Assembly (NCBI GenBank): GCA_024679065.1
Contig: JAGIQG010000004.1
Coordinates: forward strand, 78,244,001 to 78,308,000
Direction of reading: 5' to 3'
Length of the DNA: 64,000 nt
Origin: Sphyrna mokarran
Lineage: Eukaryota
Shown here: positions 1 through 11,299 of the stretch, piece after piece
Layout of the letters: the number at the start of each line of letters is the position of its first letter
Numbering within the stretch: the first letter of the stretch is position 1
Made by a program: the position numbers and the translations under genes
The notes under the pieces: generated by a model
The model's database searches: none
Seen by the model: the letters and a program-made list of their open reading frames with translations, nothing else
What the model was told of the DNA's origin: nothing

Positions 1-1775
1 TTTTGTGTTTGTAGAGCTACCATCCATCACTGCAATCATTATAACCCAGAACCACACCCTATTAAAAAATCCCAGGAGAGTAATAATTTAATTGCTTTAC
101 AATTCGATTTACTAAAATCAATCATTTGAGAATTGATTCCAGCTCCCTCATTACATAGACTTATTTTCTGAAAGATGATGCTTTATTCATATTTATACTG
201 TGTGTAGCACTGCCCACATTACCGCAAGGTTTGATGTCTTGATTGTTATGATGCTGACAGATTTGTTGCTAACAGTGCTTCCTCCAAAAGCAGCAAAAGG
301 ATTAAGCCAGAGAATCTAAAAACAATCAAATCCAATAGCAAACAAATGCAAAGTATCGCTTGCAGAAGGCAAGTCACTGCAGCTGAGTTTTTCAGCAGGT
401 GAGTGCAACAGTTGCAATTGGTATGGTCATTATCATCACTGACTTCAACACAGACCAATCAAGTGCCCCCCATTAAGGCAGTTTCCTAATTAATTCATTC
501 AAACATTTGGCAACCATCCAATACGACGATTACAATTACGAAGGAGCAACGATTAGCAATTCAGTGAGTAATGCATGCTGCTTTGCAGAAGCAGAGTGCA
601 GAAAAGAACCGATAATAGGCTAAACATAAATTCAGAAACATATTTTCTTGATCGAGATTTACTGTTTGATTTAATGAATGCTGAGTGTTGCACTAGAAAA
701 GACTGCAACTGAAAAGCAACTGTCTCACAGGAGTCAATACTGAATAGTGAACTGCCAAAAATAGCAACTTGAGTGAAAATAATCTTCAAACTGAATAATG
801 ATAATTAAGAAAAACTTTCTTAATGAACCATTTAAATTAAGCACCATTCAAAAACCATGCATACAGTATTATTTTCGCTAACACTGCAGTTTCAAACCAA
901 ATAGTGTGCCAATCCCAGTAATTTTCCATTCTTCCAGTCATTGCATTATATGAATACTTCAGTGATAAAAATTCAACAAATACTCTTCGAAGACGTTCAA
1001 AACTGCACATTTGTCTAAAACACACATAACTTCTTGAAGAGTGAATCAAATTTTTACATAGCATTTTAACTCTTGTAATGGAAATATAACCAAATGAAAA
1101 ATGGACAAAATTGCATCAATTTAAATTGATACAAGTGAACTGCTCCAACTTTCTTCTTTTGTAATCTATCCAAAAGATTCATATAAACACAAAAGCAAAT
1201 TATAAATCTATAAAAATAACAACTAAGCAAACAGAAAGCTGTATTGAATGCAATCATAGATACAACTGCTGCTCACATCACACAACCATTCCTTGTAAAG
1301 GATAACAGAGAGAAGCTGGAGGATTTATGAAAGAAATTAACTGAATGAAGCACAAATTGAGAACTGTGAATGTCACAATTATGAGCTTAAGATTTTTGTA
1401 TTTCGAGAGTGCATCCTTAAATTTTTGCTGAGAGGGGATCTGTTCTGAAACTTGTCTAGTCAGCTTGCTTGTTAGAGATCAAAGGAGAAGGATTAGATTG
1501 TTTTACTGAGAAGAAGATGCAAGATATTTGTAATTGAAGACACTGACAGCACTTTGATTTTACAGTAAGGGTATTCTCTGTTTCCCAAAGTTCCAGAAAA
1601 ATACAGAAGATGCCAGATGTGAGCAGTCATGTAGTAAATTGTCCACTTATTTTTAAGACGTAACGTAGTTGAGGTCAAAGAGAAGTAGTTAGCATTTCTA
1701 TCTGTTACAATATAGACTAAGCCAATGAACACCGCAGAGATAAGGCAGTTTTGTGGGTGACAGAAAGAAAAGGCT

Positions 1776-2575
1776 AAAAGCAAAATATGGTGGATGCTGA
1801 AATCTAAAACTAAAACAAAAAAGTGCTGGAAAATCTCAGCAGGTCTGACAGCATCTGTGAAGATGGAATAAAGCCAATGCTTTGAGTCAGGATGATCCTT
1901 TGTCAGAGCTAAGAGTAAAGAAAATCTGCAGAGATTTATACTATGAGGTTGGCGGGGTGGGGGTTTGTTTTCTTAATTGAACAAATAGAGCAGATTGAAG
2001 GAAGTGCATTGCTTCATCTGAAAAGAATGTTTAAGACCTGAGATGGTGAGCAGGGTGGAGGTGAAGGGGGCAAGTGCTGCACCTCCTACAATTTCATGGA
2101 AAGATGCTGTGGACAGGTGATGATGTATTGGGTGTGATGGAGGAGTGTGGACCAAAGTGTCCTGGAGAAAATGGTTGCTGTGGAATGCTGACAGGGGACT
2201 GAGGGGGAAGATGCATTGAGTAGTGACATCATGCTGGAGTTGGTGGAAATGGCAAAGGATAATCCTTTGAATGCGGAGACTGATGGGATGAAAACTGAGA
2301 ATAAGGAGAACCCGAACATCATTCTGGGAGGGAGGGAAAGGGATGAGAACTGTGGCTTAGGGGATGGGTCATATCGAGTGTACAGCCCTGTCAATGACAA
2401 TGGATTGGAAAACCACGATTCAGGAAGAAAACATATCGGCAGTGCTTTTTTGGAAAGTGGAAACATCAGAACAAAAGCGATGGAGGTGAAGAAACTGATA
2501 GAATGGGATGGTGTCCTTACAGGATATAGATTGTTAACAACTGTAGTCAAGGAGGGAGAAGAAGTGCTTGGCTTT
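1776..2575 (-). mobile_element. Decayed Penelope-like element 3' part (GIY-YIG region plus terminal repeat)
   Basis: Minus-strand peptide PFTSTLLTISGLKHSFQMKQCTSFNLLY resembles the Penelope linker before GIY-YIG. A degenerate CTGACAA hammerhead-like motif sits near 1900. Confidence 0.7.
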
Positions 2576-2680
2576 TGAGGGCTACCACAGCCAAATTGGG
2601 GAAAGAAATGGTCCTTAGTTACAAAGATACATTCTAAAGCCACCCAAGAATTTTGGATATTCATGGCCCAGGAAAGAATT

Positions 2681-3530
2681 GTAGTAAGTCTCAAACACCA
2701 GGTTAAAGTCCAACTAATTTATTTGATAATAATCTATCAGCTTTCAGAAATGGTGTTCCTTCGTCAGGTATGTCGAAAGTTCTGATCAGAGAAGAGCATG
2801 TAAAGTTACACACAGTTTACGGAATACAAGTCTTTACAGCTAACCTGCTATTCAAGTCTTAAATATGCAGACAACATGAGATAGCATTAGCATAGGTGAA
2901 AGAGATGTCTTCGGACAGGACAGTAAATGAGATTTTACAAGCCCAGGCAAATCATGGGGGTTACAGACAGTGTGACATGAACCCAACATCCCAGTTGAGA
3001 CTGTCCTCATGTGTGCAGAACTTGGCCATCAGTCTCTGCTGCCAAGTTCCACATATGAGGACAGTGTCAACCAGGAACTTGGGTTCATGTCACACTGTCT
3101 GTAACCCCCCTTGATTTGCCTGGGCTTGTAAAATCTCATTTACTGTCCTGTCCGGAGAGATCTCTTTCAGCTATGCTAGTGCTATCTCCACTCACACTGA
3201 CTGCATCTTTAAGACTTGAATAGCAGGTTACTGTAAAGACTTGCATTCTAATCAGTATTCTGTAAACTGTGTGACTTTACATGCTCTTCTCTGATCAGAA
3301 CTTTCCACACACCTGACAAAGGAACACAACTTCCGAAAGCTTGCGGATTTACTATCAAATAAACTGGTTGGACTTTAACCTGGTGTTGTGAGACTTCTTA
3401 CTGTGTTTACTTTCCACACACCTGACGAAGGAACACCACTTCCGAAAGCTTGTGGATTTACTATCAAATAAACTGGTTAGACTTTAACCAGTGAGACTTC
3501 TTATTGTAGTCCAACACCAGCATCTCTACA
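2681..3530. mobile_element. Fold-back Penelope-like insertion with 13-bp TSD and tandem terminal units
   Basis: TSD ccaggaaagaatt at 2668-2680 and 3531-3543. Arms about 2685-2990 and 3078-3405 are inverted copies. The terminal unit is repeated at about 3301 and 3410. Confidence 0.85.
3419..3454 (+). ncRNA. Minimal type I hammerhead ribozyme motif (Penelope-associated)
   Basis: cac-CTGACGA-a-GGAA-caccac-TTCC-GAAA-GC-TT-gtg: both core boxes, stem II, palindromic AAGCTT helix III and a short stem I. Confidence 0.6.
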
Positions 3531-5099
3531 CCAGGAAAGAATTATCAGAACAGGCTTTACTAATGGTAGTAGATTTAGAAACTCTGAAAACTGAGGAAAG
3601 TGCATGGAAACACAGTCACTTGAAATTAATGCCTGGTGAGAGAGGGATATGGGAATCTGCTGGAAGCCAGCAACAATTGTGGACTGTTTACTAAAAGGAC
3701 TATAATTCTGTGGGGTGTATGTTATGTGATAAGTATAAAAGGGAAGCCATCCATTCTGTAATTAAGATAGAAGTTTCCTACAGAAAGAAAATAATGTTTA
3801 GTCATAAGCAATGTTTTTACAATAAAAAAGTTTTAAAATACAAAATCTTGCATCATTCACAGCTAGTGACTGGAACATCAAGTCTCTTTACAAGTTATCA
3901 GTCTCAATGAAGATCATAACAAAGCCAGCACTATTTCCTCATTAGCCAAGTAAATTCAGACAACAGAAAATTACACAAATTTACTGGAAGTCACTCTGCT
4001 GCTAAATAAAAATGGTTAGTGAGATATGTAATATAAGGGAAAATACTGCCATGTATCTTCTGACAAACTATACAGTAACATGAGAAAGATTAGTTTGTAG
4101 GAGATTTTAATTTATATATTGATTCAGATGCTTTCAGTAACCAGATGAGGGGAGAAACATTACCTTGAGGTCTTCAAGAAAGTCATCAATCTGCTTTGAC
4201 AACAGTATCCCAGCTAACAGACTAAGAAAATTAATGCTTGACAAAGGTGTAGACTATAAAGTCACGGAATTTGGGAAACTAAAAAGGCGTATAAAAAATG
4301 CATTAGTGGTATTGTGAGAAACACTTATGTCAACCAGACTAGTTACATTTCAGTCAAATTAAACTTAAAATAAACCCCTACTGACTTACTAATCATGTGA
4401 AGCCAAGTTTTAACAATCCACTGAAGGACATTTGCCATTGGAAAAGGCTTCTGCGTGCATTAAATCTAATTCAAGCTAACAAGCAAGTGTACTTCATTAA
4501 TAAAACCAGATTTTACTAAATCAACTTGACAGTTGTCTTATTTTATCTGTATATTTTAAGCAGCATGAATACAAATTGAAAGCGCATTGTATCACAGAAT
4601 GTGCAATCATAATTATAAGGTTAATCTCACACTTTGCAAGGCTTTCTGTACACTTATCCAGTTTGCATAATTTGAGCAAAAGAGCCATTATTCAAAAGGT
4701 TTTGAATATTTCCCCAAAAGTGTATCAAAATCATGATAAAAGTACATTATTTCCTTTATTTTATAGCTGCTTACAAATATTGGTATAGCACAAATCCACA
4801 AAGATTGAGGTTCAATTTTAGACTAAGCAAATGAATATAACAACCAGTTAATCCATGACAGCTTTGTTCATTATCTCTGCCACCTAAAATGCAAAAGAAC
4901 ATAAAATTTGGGCAATTTGTTTTGCAGCTGCCAGGATAAAATAATCTACTGCATATTTATAAACTAGGTAACAGCAATAACATTTTGAAAATTCCAACCA
5001 ATGAAAGTATTACAAATGCTGTTTTTCACAAAATTCATCAATAAAAATTATGCGGTCATAATATGACTCAAGTATCAAAATAACGCTCAAATGTCAAAC

Positions 5100-5135
5100 C
5101 TTTGCTGATGATTCCTTGTGATCACCGAGACCATC
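5100..5135 (-). CDS. THOC2: THOC2 window exon 28, 36 nt (DGLGDHKESSAK)
   Basis: cctacag| and AAG|gtttga; similar to the mammalian DSLIELKESSAK segment. Confidence 0.88.
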
Positions 5136-6561
5136 CTGTAGGAATGAATGGAGATGACAGATGAGCTGCGGCGCTTCTCAGATACCAGAGGACTTTGGGA
5201 TGCAAGTTGACGACCATTCTAAAGTCTTGCTTCTGACATGCAGTTACACCTTTAGGAACTAGGCTTTAGGAACTGTTAATGCTTACTGGACAAAATAGAA
5301 AGCTTGACAATAATGCATTTTAAATATGTGTATCGGGAAACAGTTTACTATGATAAAAATGTCTTCTCAAACTTATTTAGATATACTATTTAAATCTGTG
5401 TCTGATGCTGCAGTCGTTCACAACTGTAGTGTATATATTAACAAACTTGCTAATTTACAGCAATTTACAAACCAATTACAGCAAAAAACTCCCTAAATTG
5501 CATGATATTTAATGTAAAAAATTACTAATAAATAATAAATATACACAATTAAATGTCACATAAGTTAAAATATGTCTTTAAATCTGATTATGTTATAGAA
5601 TACTGTTTCCCGTGTAAGTATACTAAGTGAACAATTAACTTCAATGCAAATTATGTTAATTTTGTAAAGAGGTGCAGCTGAACAAACCACAATGGGCTCT
5701 TTAACCTCCCTTCCAGTGCACTGCATCCAGGAATTGGAACTTACAGCTCGAAGTTTCAACCCACTGCAAACTCAAGGATTCGTGAGGGGTTCATCTACAT
5801 TAAAATAAATACAGCAAACGGTGCAAGGTAGCATCTGCCCTGATTCTTCTATTAGGATACACCCACGTTTCGTGCTGCGTAGAATGCCATCGGCCCGCTT
5901 GGCTGGAAGGCGGGCTTTGCTGCCATATCTGCTTTTTCCTAAGGCAGGATTCAAAAGGCTGGCACCCCCAAGGGAAAACAAACCCATGAAGGGAAGATAC
6001 TAACAACAGCTGCATGCTGACAGAATTTACACAACTACAGGAGATCTGATCACCAAGGAGATATTAAAGACTTTAATGGAATTCCCTCCATTACTTCCTT
6101 CCTAGAAGGTACGAATTGGTAGTATGCTCATCAGCAGGCCTGATGAATCCAGAGGTTTCCGGTAATTCTGAACAACTTCAATATTCTTCAGTGCTGAAAC
6201 ACTCTTCACTCTCAGCGCTGACCACCTTTTTTGCGACTCCACTTTGAAGCTATTTTGCTTGAAGCATTATTGCACTCCAAAAACTGACCACTTAATATAA
6301 TTTGAGGCACTTCGAAGAAAAATCTCTTGCATTTTCCTCTTACTATTTATAATTTTCGCTAGGTCCTTGAAGCCTTTTTATATAAAATTTGCTTACAAAA
6401 AGTCCAATAAAGAAAACGAATGCATTTTCTATTTAAAAGAAACCTCCAGAGGCTCCATTGTGCACCTTGTATCACTCGAAGGAAGACGAATATTTCCAGA
6501 AAACCGGTATTCCAAACAGGACAGCCTAATATTGACGGTGCCTTCCTTAGGCTATACTAAC

Positions 6562-6620
6562 CTTTACTGTAGCGGAATGTGATGGCGAAGAGTGGGAATC
6601 AAGCTTGCGCCGTTTTTGTT
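6562..6620 (-). CDS. THOC2: THOC2 window exon 27 (EQKRRKLDSHSSPSHSATVK; includes a basic NLS-like KRRK)
   Basis: ttccag| and |gttagt, 59 nt. Confidence 0.94.
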
Positions 6621-8472
6621 CTGGAACAGAAAAAGTATTGAATATTCTAGTTGCTGCTTGTAGCATATTCCAAGCATGAAATTAATAGATAATATTTGAC
6701 CAGTCATTCTTCATATAATTCTCTTCAGCTGTATTTCAAATACATAATATTTATTGCCATCAATACAAATTAATTGCCTGCAAACATGATACACAGCCTA
6801 AAGGTATTTCCTACATGTAATGTGACATCTCAACAAAGCAATAGTTACTTCAAACGTGAATTATTTATTTTAAAATAATGTTCTGGAATAAGAGAATAAC
6901 TCAATATTGTTATTGATTAATAAAAATTTATTCTGCACAACTTTCAAACAAAACAGGGATGACTAAACTTTCAAAGCCTTGCCCTCTGTTTTGGTTTTGC
7001 TGTAATGTTGAAAGATTTCAAAAGCATCCCTCAAGAAATTCTCATTTCATGAACAGCTTCCTCATCCAACTATTCAATCTATGAAAGACTACTGAAAAAA
7101 AAAATCAAATAAATAGACTATATTTAAGACTATTTGATCAAATACCCAATTAACTTTTCAATTTGTTAAAATAAATATTATTTCTATCTGGTTCGCACTT
7201 TATTGTATACTAAATTGATTAAACATCATCTCTTGCACAAAAAAATTGACATGAAGGGTTGCTTCTAGGAGGAAATTCATAATATAACTAAAATGCTGGT
7301 AGATAGTGTTAATGATAGGAATTGCTCATTAGACCTGCTTGATAGTGATTCAGTCATAATGTGTGAATAGGTTTATTGTCTTAGTTATTAACTTTGGAGA
7401 AATGCAAGCAATGGCACGATAAACTTTTCAGAAGAGATTTTACTGGGTAGGGATAACACTGTGCCACATCGGGGAGAGGATTAAGGGATGACTTTTTATT
7501 GTGTACTGACACATGTGACAATAATAAATCAAGTCAGATATAAATACCTAAATGATATGTCATCAGCAATCATAGTCTCTTGGAAGTTTAATTGCCTTCT
7601 GTAGCTGAGGACGGACTTCTCAATTTTTTTCTGTGCGCGCTTAACCCCAGGAGTTTGCTTTAGTTTTGACGTTAGTCATGTTGGCCATGATTTAGTTACA
7701 GCACACTTCCATGATAGTTTTGGTGCACTATGTTTCAGACGAGATATTAAACAAGAGGTTGTGCTTTTCCTGGTAGACATAGAGCATCTTTGACACAATT
7801 CAAAGAGCAACGTTTTCTGTCAGACCGCTAGCCAACACGGATCCCTCATCTCACACCTCTAAAAACTGGCAATCTTGTCCATGTTATTTTATTCCTCTTG
7901 ATGCAATTTGGGCCTGATTGCCAAGTTTTCCTTTACTACACAGCAAAGTAAGGTTGCCATGTTTGACTATAACAGTAATTACAGTTCATATGTAATTAAT
8001 TGGCTGTGAATTGCTTTGGGACATTATGAGGCCATAAAAGGTGCAATATAAAAGCACACTCCCCCTTTTTGGTATAGGTTTATAGAACCTGATTTCATCA
8101 TCTCGGGAATGAAGTGTGTCTGACTTATTCACCTTTCTCACTATTAGTTTTGCATATTTTCAAACAACTTACAAACAGGTTTCAACAAAAAATTATTAGG
8201 TTTTCATTGAGTGACAATTCTTACTCATAAACATTTTGCAACCTTTTCTAGAACATTTCTTAAAAGCATTGGTACAATTCATCAAGTGAAATATCTCACT
8301 TCAAATCTTGTTGCCTCTACAACCAAAAGCCTGCAGCAAGTCATAAAATAAAGCTATGTTACAAGTACTAGAGATATTTGCCACTAGATCTATGCTAAAT
8401 TAATCCTGTTTACTGCTGCAAGTTCTTTGAACAAATAAAAATAAAGCAGATGGCAGCACTATATGAACTTAC

Positions 8473-8927
8473 CCCTATCAGACTCTGAAGATTCTGATCG
8501 TGGAACTGGGGACTTCAAGGACCCAGCAACAGCTGATTTTTCTCCCTTAGTGCCTGTGTGACTTTCTTTGGATTTGGCATCCTTCAGTGCATCTCTCTCC
8601 TTCGATGGTTCCTTTTCTTTCTCCTTTTCCGAATGTGGTTTTGCTTCAACACAGCTAGATGTCGACCTGGATTTATCATCCTTTGCTGTCTTTTCTTCCT
8701 TCCTGATTTTCTCTTTCTCCTTCTCTTTGTCAGCTTTTGGTGTTTTTTCCTTGGTCTCCCGTACTTTTTCATCTTTGTTTGTTCGTTCTTCTTTTGATTT
8801 CTCCTTCACATCTTTAACCATTGCTTTCGCCTCTGGAGGGACAGCTGGGGTTATCTTCTCTTTCTTCTCCTTGTCTTTTTCTTTTCCACTTTTCTCTTTC
8901 TCTTCTTTTTCTTTTGTTATTTTGTTG
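8473..8927 (-). CDS. THOC2: THOC2 window exon 26, K/E-rich C-terminal region ([12 protein letters not shown]...[17 protein letters not shown])
   Basis: tttcag| and |gtaagt, 455 nt; overlaps ORF 8459..8821. Confidence 0.95.
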
Positions 8928-9361
8928 CTGAAAAATAAAGTTCATCATCAAATTTTCCCAGATTAGTTGTAGTTTAATACAATGTGCAGTACTGGATGGT
9001 TCAGATTGTTTTGGCTAAACTCAATTTGAAATAATATTGCTTGATGAGTTACTCATTAAGCACTGGACTATTAAGTATTTTTATAAATATGCAAAGCCAG
9101 GAAAACATTCTCATTTTCCTATATTAGAGAATGGTAATAACTTCTTAAATCAACAACTGCATTTATGATGGTCATATTCAGCATTGTCAACTGATGATAA
9201 CTGCATTTGAATTATGAATTTCTCACTATCCACTGAATTTAAACAGCAGTCACTTATATTCACATAAAAGCTCTGTCAACAAATCAATCATGTCTTTACA
9301 AAAATATATGGAAACAATTTCACAAAGTAGATATCAATACAATACTCAAAATCACAAAGGG

Positions 9362-10200
9362 AGATGCTGTGGTCACATTAGTGGACTGGTAACCTAAAGG
9401 CCTTTACTAATGATGCAGTGACATTAGATCAGATTCCCTGGGGAATTTAAGTGCATCAAAATAAATATGGAATTAAAAGTTCGTAATCAGTTATGTCCAC
9501 AAAACCACTGGACTGTCATACAAACTCACCTCGTTTACTAATGCCCCTTAAGGAAGAAAATCTGTCACTCTTCACTGGTCTGACCTACATGCAAATCTAC
9601 TGTCACGAAGTGGTTAACTTTATCTGCCTTCCACAATGGCCCAACAAGATACTCTAATTCTTATTCAAGAAGGCAGTTCATCATCATCTTGTCAATGAAG
9701 GACAGATTGCCATTTATATAGCACCTTTCGGAACCACTGGACTTCTCAAAGCGCTTTACAATGAAGAACTTTTTAAATTGTAGTCAATATTATAATGTAG
9801 TAAAACATGGCAGGCAACATGCACACGCAAGTTCCCATGTGTACACCAATGCAAAAAGAGCCAGATAATCTGTTTTTGGGATGTTGATTAAGATAAAAAT
9901 ATTGGCTAGGACACTGGGGATACAACCTCTGCTATACTTCAAAATAATGCCATGGGATTTCTTGCACCCATCCAAACAGGCAGATAAGGCTGGTTTAACT
10001 TGCCACTCAAAAGAAAGTACCTCTGATGCAATACTCTTTCCATTAGCACTGGAATGCTAGTCTTAATTTTGTGTTCAAGCTCTGAAATAGGACTTAAACC
10101 CAGAACCTTTGATTCAGAAGGCAATCTGCTATAAACTGAGTCAAATGCAATTATGAATGAGCAACAGCGATGGCTACATCCTGAGAATGAATAAAAAATA
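9362..10200 (+). mobile_element. Old tRNA-type SINE split by a nested Deu-type SINE
   Basis: SINE body at about 9362-9697; tail (gcaattatgaatgagc...gaatgaataaaaaa) resumes at about 10147-10200. Recognised by resemblance to shark repeats. Confidence 0.55.
9705..10143 (-). mobile_element. Deu-domain SINE (SacSINE1/AmnSINE1-like)
   Basis: tgccatgggatttctt...ggcagataaggctggtttaac...gaaagtacctctga resembles the Deu core. tRNA-like head near 10090-10143; tail tttatatagcaccttt near 9712. Confidence 0.7.
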
Positions 10201-10609
10201 TTCAGATATCTGTGTAGAATTCACTATAAATCAAGAGATTTATTTACATTGAGTGTTCTTTCCTAAGTCCAAAACAAAAGGACAGAAGTCTATTTTAAGC
10301 TAAAACTTAGATGGCACTGGAAAGTTGGCATTAATGCGAGATAATAAATGCTCCTATGATAGAGAGATGGTTTAGGTGGACATGAAAGATAAAATTGTAC
10401 TATTTTAAGAACAAAGTTCTGCAGGCCTTCTGGTCAGCAGTTTTTCCTTTGCCAATATCACATAAAACAAGTCAACTGGTACTGCTAAAAAGAAAACAAT
10501 TGCCGTCAAAGCTTTTTGTAGTGTATTCATCTGGACAGATTCATAAGAATATCAAAGGAATAATTTATACCGTTTGAGAAGAGAGTATGGATAGATTGGT
10601 TTGCAAAGT

Positions 10610-10865
10610 GAGATCTGATTAATAGAGGCACTGTCATGAGGTATGAACCAAGGAATGGCTATTCCCAAGTTTGTTTGAAAAAGACAATGTACGGATGTTT
10701 GGACATGTTCTATTTGCAAATGACAGGGCCTTGTGTATAAATGTATGTTGCTTCCAGCAGACATAGCAAGCCTGACTAGTCATCTTAAATTGGTTGTCAG
10801 TGCAATTCTCAGTATAATCAGGATTGTTTAGCAAGTGCTGTCCAATCACAAAATCTGCTGGCATT
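10610..10865 (-). mobile_element. Penelope-like GIY-YIG C-terminal fragment (second family)
   Basis: Peptide IGQHLLNNPDYTENCTDNQFK resembles the Penelope endonuclease C-terminus. Confidence 0.7.
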
Positions 10866-11299
10866 CCATTTCATGGCTATTAATAATTGCCATTAAAAGA
10901 ATGGTTGTCACATTTGCCTAAGTTTCAGCATACTTCAATAATATAAAAAATATGCGGGGGGGTCATGGTCCCTGCTGCCAATGTACATTTGGTAGTGAAA
11001 GAGGGAGAGAGACTAATCATCAGTTTGCATGGGGGGGTGAAATAGAAAAAAGGTAAATGTATTTTATACCTGAAGGGAAAGAGTGAATAGGTTTTGTATC
11101 TAGAATATGTCACAAACATAATCTTTCACCGCGACTGATCTTCTCAAGCTTATACTGGAAATAATAAGTTATTTGTTCATGTATTACACACTTTAACTCT
11201 CATTTTTATAAAGGCAGATAGTTTAATGTAGTGTTATTTTGTAGACTTTGCAAATCTTAACTATTTGTATTAGTTGGACATTATTATACAGATGGTAGT

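Noticed and set aside
2086-2694. 202-aa minus-strand and 120-aa plus-strand ORFs
   Set aside because: Both lie within a decayed Penelope-like element and show no coherent domain in these frames.
3301-3510. Repeat-spacer-like appearance (CRISPR-like)
   Set aside because: There are only two ~109-bp tandem Penelope terminal units, in a vertebrate intron, with no unique spacers or cas genes.
1-5099. Next constitutive THOC2 exon (R/E/K-rich, ...DKSRERSRERE...)
   Set aside because: Not found on the minus strand in this interval; it presumably lies beyond the window edge.
5853-5860. U12-donor-like GTATCCTA on the sense strand
   Set aside because: It is a single imperfect copy, not the tandem arrangement of a U11-binding enhancer, and has no matching exon or branch site.
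6127-6165. CTGATGA near GAAA in the intron after exon 27, suggesting an intronic hammerhead
   Set aside because: Stem II cannot close (G opposite G) and the NUH triplet is out of register; only a simple 7-bp hairpin is supported.
8558-8966. F/S-rich plus-strand ORFs (also at 51933-52142 and 27077-27313)
   Set aside because: These are antisense shadows of K/E-rich THOC2 exons.
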